DNA from: Eledone cirrhosa
Taxonomy: Eukaryota
NCBI GenBank assembly: GCA_964016885.1
Contig: OZ024740.1
Span: forward strand, 285,014,001 to 285,078,000
Length of the DNA stretch: 64,000 nt
Direction of reading: 5' to 3'
Under the pieces are notes generated by a model, which was given only the letters and a program-made list of their open reading frames with translations, ran no database searches and had not been told where the DNA came from. The stretch's first letter is position 1; each line of letters starts with the position of its first letter. Positions 25,099 to 38,613 of the stretch are shown here, piece after piece. Made by a program: the position numbers and the translations under genes.

Positions 25099-25888
25099 AA
25101 ACTAAATATTAATTCCTGAGTTTAATATATATATGCTTCAATTCATGATGCTGATGGGGAGTAGATACCAGACTATGATATTTAGGAATGTTGCCTACAA
25201 TAAACTGACATTCTATCTAGAGGAGAAAGTACTACTATCTGCTTTACAATACAAAACTGAAACTAAGCACTGTTTTCAGGGTTTCTTTGAGGCTTAGTAA
25301 GCATTTACTATATTTTTAAGTTACAGTCCAAGGTTATTAGATCTGTTTCATAAAAAATAGTATAGACTGTGTTAGAAAATAGCCTAAAATAAAGATTTGC
25401 CATTGATTAGACACATATTCACACACTCACTCACACAAACACACACACATACACACACACACACATACACACACACAAACAAACATACATATATACATGA
25501 AGAATCCATAGAAGTGGTTGATAGGTTCTGCTATCTAGGTGACCTAGTTAGCAGAGAAGGGTGCTCCGAGAGCATAATAGCTAGAATAAGGATAGGATGG
25601 AAGAAGTTGAGAGAGCTACTCCCACTGTTGACTACAAAAGGTTTCTCCTTATGTACAAAAGGACAACTGTGTGCGGAGTGTGATGCTGTATGGTAGTGAA
25701 ACATGGGTAGTAACTGCAGAGGACATGTACACTGGAAAGAAATGAAGCAACCATGTTTCATTGGATGTGCAATGTAAATATAAGAGAAAGGAGCTTGGAT
25801 GAACTGAGAGAGAAATGGGGTTTAAGAGGAAACGGGTAAAATATTTTAAATACATGGTTATTATTTTTATATTAATGTTAAAGAATGA

Positions 25889-25937
<49 letters not shown>

Positions 25938-26166
25938 TATGTGTGTGAAGGCACGTGGCTGAGTGGTTAGAGAATTGGATTTGCAATCGGGCGGTTGTGA
26001 GTTCGATTCCAGGACCAGGCGATGCGTTATGGCCCTGAGCAAGACACTTCATTTCACATTGCTCCTTCTACCAGGAGTTGCGACCGATAGATAGCATTAA
26101 CAATTGGAAAGACCAACGGAAACATTGTTTCATCAGTCCAATTTGACGAAAGTCAATCGACTCTTG

Positions 26167-26207
<41 letters not shown>

Positions 26208-27804
26208 ATTTTTGATGATTTAGTGTTAAGGAATAAAAACTAATGATAAAATAAAAATATATATTAAAAAACGAGACCCCTGAGGGTTGGTGGTCCTAAG
26301 GTATAGTTTATTTAGCTTATAGGTAAGTCCATCACTGGCAAAATCTCACCAAGCTTGCTGTAAATGTGAATATTAAACATTTTTCATTGTCCTTCATGAT
26401 ATTTATATATGTATCAAATAACCAAGTCCACATCACAAAGACTTGATTTCTTCTTCAGTGTTGTATAACTGTATACAATGTAGCGAGATGCACAACATAC
26501 ATATCTGGGACAGTGTAGCCATTATGCATATGCATATTTTGATATTTGTAATTAACTTGGTACTTCTAAAATGTTTTTTTATGTGAGCGGGGATCAGATC
26601 TTTACTTGTGAAATGAAGCATCTTGGTCAAGGACACATTGCACTGCTCAGTCCAGGAATTGAACCTACAACTTTATGACCAACTATTTATATACTCAAAT
26701 ATAAGCTGACTCTATTTTATAGAGTAAAACAGTACTAAGCTGTGCACCTGTAAGATATAACAAATAAAAAAGAAACCAACAAACAAAATGCTTGGAAATC
26801 ATGCTTGATTGTAAAGAAAATTTGATTATTTGGAGAGTGTAAATTCACTTCAGGAATTTTTACACAAAATTCATTTTTCATTGGACATTGTTAGCACAAG
26901 TAGTGTTTGTTTATGTTGTGAATAAGGAAAAGTCCTACGGTGCAGCAGGTTAATGTTGGAAGATCAGTACCCTCCTTAAAAATAAAAACAAATAAAAAAT
27001 ACATCAACAGGGGTTAGCAGCAGTAAGGGCATCTAGTGGTAGAATACTTGCTCAAAAATTTCTCTCTCAACACACATGCCAGCATGGAAAAACAGACATA
27101 AAATGAAAATGATATATACATACAACAGTCGGTTGAAAACTGCATAGGCTAACCAAGATACTCTCATGGAATGACCAAATGAGGTTTATTTTTCCACATA
27201 GTCCTTGGAAAGAAACAATGCAGTTATTAACAAGAAGGAGATGAAATTAAAGGATGCAAGATTTCACAGCTCTAACATCACTCCATTGTAGTCAGCCTAT
27301 GAATTTTTCAGCCTACCCTCATATATAAGTCCAAAATTAATACATTGGACAAAAAAAGGACACAGAAAACTCAGAGAAGATGGATACAAGAAAATTTCCC
27401 ACTCATCAGCTATCTATTGTAAGTCTTCTTACTTTCAGGCGCCATAATAAAATTCGCCTAATAAATTCTGTAAAGTGGTTGTCTTTAGGAAAGGCATCCA
27501 GCAATAGACACCATGATAGCAAAGAATTGAGAGGATTCTTCAGTTGTGCAACAGACATGACAACCTTCATTTTACTGATACCATGATAAAATGCACCCAA
27601 TAAAAATGCACTCAATACACTCTGTAAAGTGGTTAGCATTAGGAAGGATATCCAACTGCAGAAACCATGCAAAAACAGGAACATATGTAAGTAAGACATG
27701 AATCACAGCTTGTCTTGGAGTACAGTAGCTCCAATTAAGAACTGACTTGGTCAGTAATGCATCATCCAGCCTGCACCAGTGTGGAAAACAGTTGTAGAAT
27801 AATT

Positions 27805-29860
27805 ATGGTGATAATAATAAATGGCCTTGTTCAGTGTGTAAGAAAAGTGTAGGTAGAAATTTCATCCTCTGTCCCAAATGCAAACTATGGGTACACAAGA
27901 GATGTAGTGGGATCTCATATATATATATCATTAGCAAAAAGTAAACCCCTCTTCTTGGGATTTGTTGACCTGGAGAAAGCTTTTGACAATATCTCCCGTT
28001 CTGTAATTTGGTGGACACTTAGGAAACTAGGGGTAGACAAGTGGCTTGTGAGGGCAGTACAAGCCATGTAGAGAGGTGCAGTAAGCAAGGTTAAAATTAA
28101 TAATGACTATAGTGAGGAATTTAGCATGCAAGTTGGGGTCCACCAGGGCTCTGTCCTTTCCTGTTTATTATTGTACTCCAAGCTATACACGAGAGTTTAA
28201 AACAGGTTACTTTTGAGAACTCCTGTATGCTGATGATCTAACTCTCATAGCTGAACCTATGGCAGAACTAGAAAAAGATTTCCTGATCTAAAAGTATAAA
28301 CTGGAATCAAAAGGTCTTAAAGTGAACTTGGCAAAGACTAAAGTCCTCGTAAGTAAAAGGGAAAACAGAGCCCTGATCCCTTCGAGAAAATGGCCTTGCT
28401 CAATGTCCTAAATACAATGTCCTAAATACAAACTATAGGTACACTAGAGATATAGTGGGATCTCAGGTAGTCTAGCTAAGAACATAGGTTTTACACGTAG
28501 CCATTGCACCAGAGCAGTAAGCAGCAAATGATCACAGGATGCAAGTACTATCAAATTCTGGAAAGGTTTGGTAGAAGCAGTAGACAGCTTCTGCTACCTA
28601 GGTGACCAAATTAGCAGTGGAGGGGGTTGTTTCGAAAGTACAGTAGCCAGAGTAAGAATGGGATGGAAAAAGTTCAGGGGGTTACTAATGCTGCTAACTA
28701 CAAAAGGATTTTCACTCAAAATGAAGCGCAGATGTATGAGACATGTATACGAACTGCAACACTTGGGCACTGTGTGCAAAGGATCTATGTAGATTTGAAA
28801 AAAATGAAGCTTGCATGTTCCAATGGATGTGTAATGCTAATATACGTGAACAGCAAAGTGTAAATGAACTGAGAGAGAAACTGGGCATAAGAGTAATCAG
28901 ATGCAGTGTGTAGGAGAGGGGAATGTGCTGGTATGGATATGTGATGTGTATGAAGGATGACAGCTGCATAAAAAGGTATAGGGCACTCAAAGCTGATGGA
29001 AGCTATGGAGTGGCAGACCTGACCTAGGAAGACTTGGGATAAGGTGTTAAAAGCTGACCTTGCACAATTGCACCTCTCAAAGACAATGACACAGAACCAA
29101 GATCTCTGGCATTATGGCGGTGGATTGGCAGTATTGGTAGAGTGTCGGATGCCATGCTTTGACGCATAGAGTTACGGCCCTTGCCATTCTGAGTTCAAAT
29201 CCCGCCGAGGTTAACTTTGCCTTTCATCCTTACGGGGTCGATAAAATAAAGTACCAGTAATACACTGGGTAATTGCTGGCCTTGTGCCTAACGTAGAAAC
29301 AATTATGCAGTAATACAGAAGACGCACCTTCCCATGTGCATGGATTAAAGCATAAATCTTGTATGTAACCCTTTCCCTTACTGCCCCCTCCCTCATCCAT
29401 ACACGTCCCACATCCTAACACTTCATCCACGTCCTAACACCCCATCCTTCATGCATGTCCCACCACCCCACCCTTCCCTAGATAAGTCCCCCATTCTAGA
29501 TCTACCTCTCCAATCTCTACGTACCTCCCCAACCCCTGGCCCCAGTCCACACTGTAAAGTGGTTGTGTTGGTGACACTACAATAAATGCCCATGCCACAC
29601 TGTAAAGTCGTCCTGTAGGTGTCATGACAAATAAAGAGCCAGCCCACACTGTAAAATTGTCATTTTGGTGCCACAATAAAAAGCACCTAGTACACATTAT
29701 AAAGGGCATCCAGCTGTAGAAAACTATGTCAAAATTAATTCTGTATGAGTGTATGAGCAAGACATGGTCACCTGATATGGCTTGTCTCACAGCAGGACAA
29801 CTTGCCCCACCCATGCTAGTGTGGAAAAATGGGTGTTAAACGGTGCTGCTGCTGATGAGG
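27805..29860 (+). mobile_element. Degraded RTE LINE (RT through 3'UTR) with a family A SINE inserted at 29117-29303
   Basis: FVDLEKAF, VGVHQGSVL, LLYADDL.L, GLKVNLAKTKV, DSFCYLGD and GWKKFR motifs with stops; ends in a (GAT)-like tail. Confidence 0.85.
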
Positions 29861-29863
29861 ATA

Positions 29864-30190
29864 TCTATATATCTAAAAGAGAGAATGTCTGTCTGTCTGA
29901 CTCCCTAAAACTCGAGAACCACCCAACCGATGTTTTTCAAACTTTACACATGTAATACTTATGGTCGTGTGAGTGTTTTGAGCAAAAAATATTTCAAATT
30001 TTCAATGACCTAGGGACCGCATTAGATAGCTATAACGTCGCGCCCTTATAATATCTGTCTGTATGTCTGGCTGTCTGCATTACGACATTATGACACTATC
30101 TGTGTGTGTGTGTATATATGTATATTTAGTGTGTGTGTATATATATAGTGTGTAACGTTTTTCGAAATATTTACTTCTGTGTTCACAGAT
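29864..30190 (+). mobile_element. 5' part of a non-autonomous Helitron (family of 60013-60641)
   Basis: A|TCTATATATCTAAAAG..atgtctgtctgt..ccctaaaactcgagaa..cccaaccgat matches the start of the 60013 element. Confidence 0.6.
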
Positions 30191-30335
30191 TGATTTTTTT
30201 TAGTTTCAGAAGATCCCGTTAAGGGTGAAAGCAGCGATTCTTCGCTTTAACTTTAATCTGTTATTTGAGTACCTTAGTCACTGTGGTTACCCCCCGATTG
30301 AACCTGGGACTCACACACACACACACAAATATGTA

Positions 30336-30371
<36 letters not shown>

Positions 30372-30440
30372 CAACAAAGGGGGTGTGGTAGGACTATAAT
30401 GCACCAGAGTACTCAATACTTAGGGTAGTAGAGTGGGTAA

Positions 30441-30550
30441 TAGGAAAAGAGGTAGGACCCCAACAGCTGAGCTCCGGCCATTTCGACGGCTAGATCCGAA
30501 CGCCATCGAAATGGCCGGCGCTCAGCTGTCGGGGTCCTGCTCTTTTCCTA
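30441..30550. mobile_element. 110-bp GC-rich palindromic MITE-like element
   Basis: taggaaaagag..aggacccc.acagctgagc.ccggccatttcga / tcgaaatggccgg.gctcagctgt.ggggtcct..ctcttttccta. Confidence 0.6.
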
Positions 30551-31043
30551 TCTATTTATTAATTTCAAGAACGTCAGTATTCCGTGTGTCATAATTCTCG
30601 ATTATCATTGGTTCATAGGTTTCAAACGACTCCGCCCACCTCAACGACGCCAAACTGAAATTAATATGCATAATGCCAATGAGGGAGTGAGAGGGGAGAG
30701 TGTGAACGCTGTGTTCAATAACTATTAACATGTGTGCGTGTGTATGTACGTGCGCATATGTTTATGTGTGTGTGCGTGCGTGCAGCGTTCCACAGAAAGT
30801 AAAAACTATCAACATGTGTGAGTGTGTAAGTTTGCGTGAGTGTGCGCGTTTCCATGCGTGTATGCGTGTGGCGTTCCACAATCGCCACGCAGTTTATCTG
30901 TCTGTCAGTCTAACATACACAGAGCTGTGAAGGGAGTAAATAGGGATCTTTTTTTACATTGACGGACGTCTTTTATATTTATTATTGTGTCAATTTTTGA
31001 CAATTGCTCGAAATGAATACTGATAATAAAAGCATTTTCGAGT

Positions 31044-34000
31044 TTATCAAACAGTGAACTACAGCGGCGACGGCGTGCAGCCAGCAATGAAGAAAAACGG
31101 GCCAAACAGCGCCATCGGAACGCCGAACTTCAGAGGCGAAGACGTACCGCCATGAATGAAGAGGAGCTGGCTGAACAACGCCAACGAAACACTGGAGCAA
31201 AGCAGCAACGGCGTGCTGCGATGGTTGAAGACGAACTGGCTGAGCATCATCAGCAGCAACGGCGTGCTGCGATGGATGAAGAGGAGCTGGCTGAACAGCG
31301 CCAGCGCAATACAGAAGTTCAGAGAAATTGTCGCCAAAATGCTCTTCATTCCAGTAAAGAGGGCAGAAGTCGAACGAATGATATTAAAAATGGATCATGG
31401 CAACCGTGTCATTTTCAGATTGGTGGACGAGCAGAGTGTCCACATTGTGGAGCATTGCTTTGGAGGCACGAAAAGACGTGGACCACAATGTGCTGTCATA
31501 AAGGAGCAGTTCAACTAGAATCCTTGCGAATGCCGGATGATGAGGAGTCACCGGAGTTTAAAATATGTGGGGTGATCAAGAAGACCGAGGTAGATTACTG
31601 CGCAAATATTCGTGGCAAATTAACAATTCATTAGCTTTAGCATCGCAGAGAGTTAGTGAGATGTTTGAGAGTGGAGCATGGCAACCGAATGTAGTCATTC
31701 AAGGCCGTTTGTATCATTGTATCGGTAATTTAGAAGTTACCCCAGGAGAGAGGCCTCGATTCGCTCAAATTTGCGTTAACGATCCAGATTATAGTGAATC
31801 GGAGGAGGATATCAGGATCGATTGGATGAAGTTGCCGGGAAATATAACTGAACTTGAACGGAAAAGGTTAAGTGATTTGATCCGTCATTTGCAATCATGG
31901 CTTAGACAGTGTAATCCTTATGTTATGGATTTCATGTTGGTGGCTGAACTATAAAATGTTCAGCAGCAAACATTGGTGATTAAGGCTGGCGCAGTGCCAA
32001 GGAATCAACACGAACGGCGATATAATGCCCCTGAAGGATTTCGTGAAGTTGCTGTGTTGATGGACGATAAGCCTGGATCGAGAGATATCGTCCTCAATCG
32101 CAGAGATGGTGGTCTCAAGACAATCAATGAGTCAAATAGGGCATACGATCCATTGCATTATGTTCTTTTATTCCCAAAAGGTGAAAATGGATGGAACATG
32201 TCTGTTCATTTAGATGATCATGAGAATCAGCATCAACAGGGAGGTGGCAATAGACACAATAATTCGATTCGCGACTTTTACGCGTTCCATTTGAACGAGA
32301 GGAATCAACAGAGAAATGCACTATTTCAAGCCAGCAGATTGTTCCAGGAATACTGTTGTACGTCATTCACAAAGATCGAAAATCAAAGGCTACATTATAT
32401 AGCTACACATCAGCAACATATCAGAGCTGAATTGTATAATAATATACAGGATGCGATAACAGCCGATGATGCCAATTACAAGCAAATTGGTCGACGCATC
32501 ATTTTGCCATCGTCATTCATCAGCGGCCCGAGATATATGAACATTCGCTATCAGGATGCATTGTCTATTGTCAGAAAGTTTGGAAAGCCAGACTTGTTTA
32601 TAACGGTTACATGCAATCCTGAATGGACTGATATTAAGGATGCACTTCTGCCAGGACAACAGCCAAAGGACCGTCCTGATATTGTGGTAAGAGTATTCAA
32701 AGGATATCTGAAAAAGATAATGGATGATGTGGAAAAAGAGGGAATCTTTGGAGGTATAGTTGCTTTTACATACGTAATTGAATTCCAAAAAAAGAGGATT
32801 GCCACATGCACATTTGCTGATCATTTTACATAGACATTGCAAATTGAGATGTGCTGAGGATGTCGACAGCATTGTGTGTGCTGAATTGCCGTAGAATGAG
32901 GCACTACGCAACTTGGTGGCAAAGTCAATGGTGCACAACCAATGCGGAGTGGCAAATCGGAAAGCACCTTGCATGAAAAATGGCCAATGCAGTAAGCAAT
33001 TTCCGAATTTTTTTGTCACGAACAGTTCCTGGAACGATGGGGATGCTCATCCCTCATACAGAAGACGGTCGCCTGCAGATGGCGGTTTGGTCGAAAATGT
33101 AAACGGTCAACAGGTTACAAATCAATCCATATTTGATTATGAAATATCGTTGTCATATTAATGTGGAAATTTGTAGCTCAGTGAAAGCTTGCAAATATCC
33201 ATTCAAATATGTTTACAAAGGTCATGATCGGGCAATGATCAATGTCAGGAATGGGGAAGCGAACCAAGGAGATGAAGTTGGCAGGTTCCAAGATGTTCGC
33301 TCGATTGGATCTAGTGAAGCTTGCTGGAGATTGTTCGATTTTGATCTCAATGAACGCAAACCCAGCGTTCAGAAACTGACGGTTCACTTAGAGAATAGGC
33401 AAATGGTCTGTTTTCAGGACACTAGAAGAGGTGTCGAAAGAATTGCTAACGCACCACCTCCTAAGACGGAATTGACTGAGGGGTTCAAGCATAATAGGGA
33501 ACATGCTTTGAACCCGGATCAAAGGCAACTCTACTGCGATTTCCCTTCGCACTATACGTGGGATAAGAAGGGAAAGAAATGGAATGATAGAAAACAAAAG
33601 TTGAGATTCATGACTATTGGACGGGTTTGTAATGTCCATCCAGCATCTGATGATGTGTTTTATCTCCGAATTGTGTTGCATAATGATTTTTCGAGAAGTA
33701 AACAGAGCTTCGCTGATTTGAAAACAATCAATGGCGTGGAATATGAAACATACCAGGCTGTGTGTCAGCATCTGGGACTCCTTCAGGATGACGCTGAATA
33801 GAATAACGCCATGGAAGCTGCAGGAACAACACAGATGCCAGCTCAAATAAGGCTTGTTTGTCACGATTCTAGGATTCTGCAATCCTGCTGATCCAAGAGA
33901 GTTATTTGAACGCCATTGGGGAATTATGGCTGATGATTTTAGGCATCATCTTCAGGTCGATGATGAAAATTTGATGAAAGCTATTGTTTTGCTCAATATT

Positions 34001-35476
34001 GAGCAACTGCTTGAAGTTCATTTCAAATGTTTAACAGATTTCAATTTGCCAATTCCTGATGAAGAAATGCGGCAACCTGTCTTAGAACATGAGATTGCAG
34101 CTTAGACGGTTGCCACTCGATCGGAGGGAACTATTCCAGTTTGATCCACTGGAACAGCAACGTATTGTGGATGAGCGTATGCCAATGTTGATCTAATCTC
34201 AGAGAGAATTGGTCGATGGTGTTCTCCACTCGATTTCCACTAATGAGCAACTTTGTGCTTTCATAGATGCTCCAGGAGGCACCAGTGGGATCGCTGGCAC
34301 TTTGCTGAGTGGTGGAAGGACCTTCCACTCATATTTCAAGGCTCCATTAGCTCCGGATGAGTTGAGTGTCAGGACAAAGTGAACTCGCGGGCCTTATACG
34401 CAATACGTCTGATTATTTGGGATGAGGCTCAAATGGCACACAGATATTTGCTGGAGGCATTGGACAGAACTTTGAGAGATATCTGCAGTAGTGACCTGCC
34501 ATTCGGTGGTAAGACTATCGTTCTTGGTGGAGATTTCAGATATTTGCTACCAATTGTTAGGAATGCTCAAAGAGCGCAAATTGTCGATGCATGTCTTAAA
34601 AAGTCCCCGTTGTGGCGCCATTTCAGAGTTTTGCGATTACACGATAATATGCGACTTCGTATGTTCGGGCAAAACGAGGAGGCTGAGACATACCGCCGAT
34701 AGTTGATGCAGTTGGGAAACGATGAATTGCCACACGTTGGTGATAATCAGACTGTAAGAATCCCAGACCATTTGGTCATGCCACTGGACCGCCAAGCATT
34801 GATTGACTGGGTGTTCCCTAATTTGAATGCTTTTTGGCAGAATATCTCCTGGATATCGGAACGCGTTATTCTAACTCATACGAATGCAACGGTCGATGAT
34901 ATAAATTCACAAGTAGCCGGAATGTTTCCTGGAGAGGAATGGTTGACCGTCAGTGCGGATGCAATGGAGCTTAATCAGCAGAACAATATGGATGTTCCGA
35001 CTGAGTATCTGAATTCACTTCAAATACCCGGATTTCCCCCACATATTTTGAGATTGAAAAAGGGTATGCTGATTATATTGCTTAGAAATATCAATCATAA
35101 AATGGGTCTTTGCAATGGTACCAGATTGATTGTTGAGAGATTGATTAACGGAAGAGTTTTAGAAGCTAAATTCCCAGGCAGAGAGGAATCGGTTCTCATT
35201 CCGAGGATCATGCTGAGACCAAGTGAAGATCTGCTGCCATTCATTTGGCTAAGGAGACAGTTTCCCGTCAATTTGGCCTTCTCCATGACTGTCAACAAGG
35301 CACAGGGACAGACTTTCAAGCGAGTCGGTGTCTACTTGAATGATCCAGCATTCAGCCATGGGCAACTGTATGTTGCTGCATCTCGAGTGTGCGATCCTGA
35401 TGGTATAAAATTTGCAATTGATACCACTAACAGAAGAACAACCCTGAATATTGTCTATAAAGAAGCTTTGAGCTGA
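31044..35476 (+). pseudogene. Helitron Rep/PIF1-helicase (RepHel), disrupted by frameshifts, stops and a deletion
   Basis: N-terminal E..EQRQR repeats and CPHCGA..CC zinc motif; YDPLHYVLLFP; Rep motif 1 PDLFITVTCNP, motif 2 EFQKRGLPHAH (broken in an A-run near 32790) and motif 3 KY.FKYVYKG; helicase DAPGGT (Walker A truncated), IIWDEA, GGDFR, LCNGTRL, QFP..AF.MT.NKAQGQT and FSHGQLYVA.SRV. Confidence 0.95.
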
Positions 35477-35499
35477 TGTATGCATATCATTAATGCTAT

Positions 35500-35845
35500 C
35501 AATAAGCGACGTAAATGATTCGGACATTGGTGTCCTTTGATCAGTATTGTGAGCTTTGGCAGAGTTATCATTTATGTTCAACGTCATTTAATGTCGTTAT
35601 GAGCAATAAAAACAAACAAGTATTGGTAAAAATTGCTTTCACTGCTATGTTGCGCAATAAATACCAACAAGTATTGGTAGAAATTGCCTTCACTGCTATG
35701 AATATTCGACGTAAATGATTCAGACATTGGTGTCCTTTGATCAGTATTGTGAACTTTGACAGAGTTATCATTTCTGTTCAATGTCATTTATTGTCGATAA
35801 TGAGCAATAAAAACCAATAAGTATTGGTAGAAATTGCCTTCAAAT
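35500..35845 (+). repeat. Nested tandem duplications in the Helitron 3' region
   Basis: cgacgtaaatgattc.gacattggtgtcctttgatcagtattgtg occurs twice ~200 bp apart; aagtattggta.aaattgc.ttca occurs three times. Confidence 0.8.
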
Positions 35846-36588
35846 TTATCGCTTCTGATTGCGGTGGTAATAAAACCTCATCATATGCTGAGTCTGGCAA
35901 AAAGATTGGATCCTGTGGCCGGCCAGAGCTAGAGTAATATTGAAAAACGATTCTATTTTCGAAGTAGAAGGTTCCGCCATTTGGAGTTAAAACCAGGCCA
36001 CCTGCCCGAGTTGAACTCAGGGCAACATTGACTGACTATTACTCAGTGGCTAAGAGTCTGGAAATTACTGAATAAATTTTTGTGTCATATAATTTGTTGT
36101 TTTATTATTATAGCTGACCACTTATAGATAAGCATGTTATCCATATCCATATTAATTTGGCATTTGTATAAACCATTTCAAGTAAATAGGGACCTTTTTT
36201 ACATTGACGGACATCTTTTATATTAATTATCTATATCTATATCTACATATAATATAAAAGATTGGAACTTCCATCATCCTTTTGAGAAACGTGGAACAAC
36301 CACGTCTATGCAATGGTACACGTGTTACAGTCAGCCAGAAGATGAGCCATCTCTTAGAGGTCACTATTCTAGGTGGGAGCACCTAAAATTATTCATATAC
36401 TATGCACAAACGGTACAACGAAGAATCTGGTATATCTGGAAAAAATTTTTTTACTTTTTTTGTATCACACAGACACCACGGACTCGCCTCATACTGTAAC
36501 CAGACAAACATCCAATACAGTCATTTTCTCTTTTACCTGTCTTCTCTTATCATCTGTTTACCCGGGCGAAGCTGGGTACGTCAGCTAA

Positions 36589-37447
36589 TCTATATATTAA
36601 TTTCAACAATGTCAGTATTCCTTGTGTCATAATTCTCGATTATCATTGGTTTATAGGTTTGAAATGACTCCGCCCACCTCAACGACACCAAACTTAAATT
36701 AATATGCATAATGCCAATGAGGGAGTCAGAGGGGAGAGTAAGAAACAGAGAGGCAAAGTGAACGCTGTAACTATTACCATGTGTGCGTGTGTATGTACGT
36801 GCGCGTATGTTTATGTGTGTGTGCGTGCGTGCAGCGTTCCACGGAAAGTAAAAGCAATTCGAGTCTATCAAACAGTGAACTACAGCGGCGACGGTGTCCA
36901 GCCAGCAATGAAGAAAAACGGGCCGAACAGCGCCATCGGAACGCCGAACTTCAGAGGCGAAGACGTGTCGCCATGGATGAAGAGGAGCTGGCTGAACAAC
37001 GCCAACGAAGCACTGGAGCCAAGCAGCGCCGACGTGCTGCGATGGTTGAAGACGAACTGGCTGAGCATCATCTTTTATATTAATTATCTATATCTATATC
37101 TACATATAATATAAAAGATTGAAACTTTCATCATCCTTTTGAGAAACGTGGAACAACCACGTCTATGCAATGATACACGTTTTACAGTAAGGCAGAAAAT
37201 GAACCATCTCCTAGAGGTCACTATTCTAGGTGGGAAAACCTAGAATTGTTCATATACTATGCACAAACGGTACAACGGAGAATCTGGTATATCTGGAAGA
37301 TTTTCTTTACTGTTTTTTTTGTATCACACAGACACCACGGACTCGCCTCATTCTGTAACCAGACAAACATCGAATACAGTCATTTTCTCTTTTACCTGTC
37401 TTATCTTATCATCTGTTTACCCGGGTGAAGCTGGGTACGTCAGCTAG
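36589..37447 (+). mobile_element. Non-autonomous Helitron derivative 1 (head-to-tail with the parent)
   Basis: Starts TCTATATATTAATTTC like 30551, carries the start of the RepHel ORF (cf. 31040-31250), ends hairpin+CTAG. Confidence 0.9.
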
Positions 37448-38325
37448 TCTATATATTAATTTCAACAATGTCATTATTCCGTGTGTCATAATTCTCGATT
37501 ATCATTGGTTCATAGGTTTCAAACGACTCCGCCCACCTCAACGACGCAAAACTTAAATTAATATGCATAATGCCAATAAGGGAGTGAGAGGGGAGAGAGA
37601 GGCAAAGTGAATGCTGTGTTTGGATACACTATGTATATGTGTCAATGTAGAGACATGTGTGTGGAAATAAGAGAAGGAAAGCAATAACTATTAACATGTG
37701 TGCGTGTGTATGTATGTGCGCGTGCATGCAGCGTTCCACAGAAAGTAAAAACTATCAACATGTGTGAGTGTGTGCGTGTGTGTAAGTGCATGGGTGCGTG
37801 TGTAAGTTTGCGTGCGTCTGCGCATTTCCATGTGTGTATGTGTGTGTACGTGCGGCATCCCACAATCGCAACGCAGTTTATCTGTCTGTCAGTCTAACAT
37901 ACACAGAGATGTGAAGGGAGTAAATAGGGACCTTTTTTTACATTGACTGACATCTTTTATATTAATTATCTATATCTATATCTACATATAATATAAAAGA
38001 TTGGAACTTCCATCATCCTTTTGAGAAACGTGGAACAACCACGTCTATACAATGATACACGTTTACAGTCAGGCAGAAGATGAACCCTCTCCTAGAGGTC
38101 ACTATTCTAGGTGGGAGCACCTAGAATTGTTCATATACTATGCACAAACGGTACAACGAAGAATCTGGTATATCTGGAAGATTTTTTTACTGTTATTTGT
38201 ATCACACAGACACCATGGACTCACCTCATACTGTAACCAGACAAACATCGAATACAGTCAGTTTCTCTTTTACCTGTCTTCTCTTATCATCTGTTTACCC
38301 GGGCGAAGCTGGGTACGTCAGCTAG
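37448..38325 (+). mobile_element. Non-autonomous Helitron derivative 2 (head-to-tail)
   Basis: Same 5' TC end, no coding sequence, ends hairpin+CTAG|T. Confidence 0.9.
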
Positions 38326-38372
<47 letters not shown>

Positions 38373-38527
38373 CATATATATATATATATATCGTTTCTGA
38401 ATTTGTTTAGCAAGATTCTTTATCTGAAAACCGAAATTTATAAAATTTTTAATTTATAATAAATTGGAGTGAAAGCAACTGATGCGTGTGTTTCTTATTG
38501 GCAACATGACCCTCCCAAAGTATAACA

Positions 38528-38606
<79 letters not shown>

Positions 38607-38613
<7 letters not shown>

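Larger units (their letters stand above)
30551..36588 (+). mobile_element. Helitron, autonomous-type but defective
   Basis: 5' A|TC start; 3' hairpin tacccgg-gcgaag-ctgggta followed by CTAA; contains a Rep/Helicase gene. Confidence 0.9.

Noticed and set aside
25948-26025. tRNA gene
   Set aside because: The tRNA-like head continues into a SINE body and the cloverleaf is imperfect; the same applies to the other A/B-box hits
28230-28240. CTGATGA in LINE and Helitron coding regions
   Set aside because: Codons (for example YADD) without the downstream GAAA and helices
34703-35476. Host PIF1 helicase gene
   Set aside because: Intronless, follows HUH Rep motifs and lies within TC...CTRR termini, so it is Helitron RepHel
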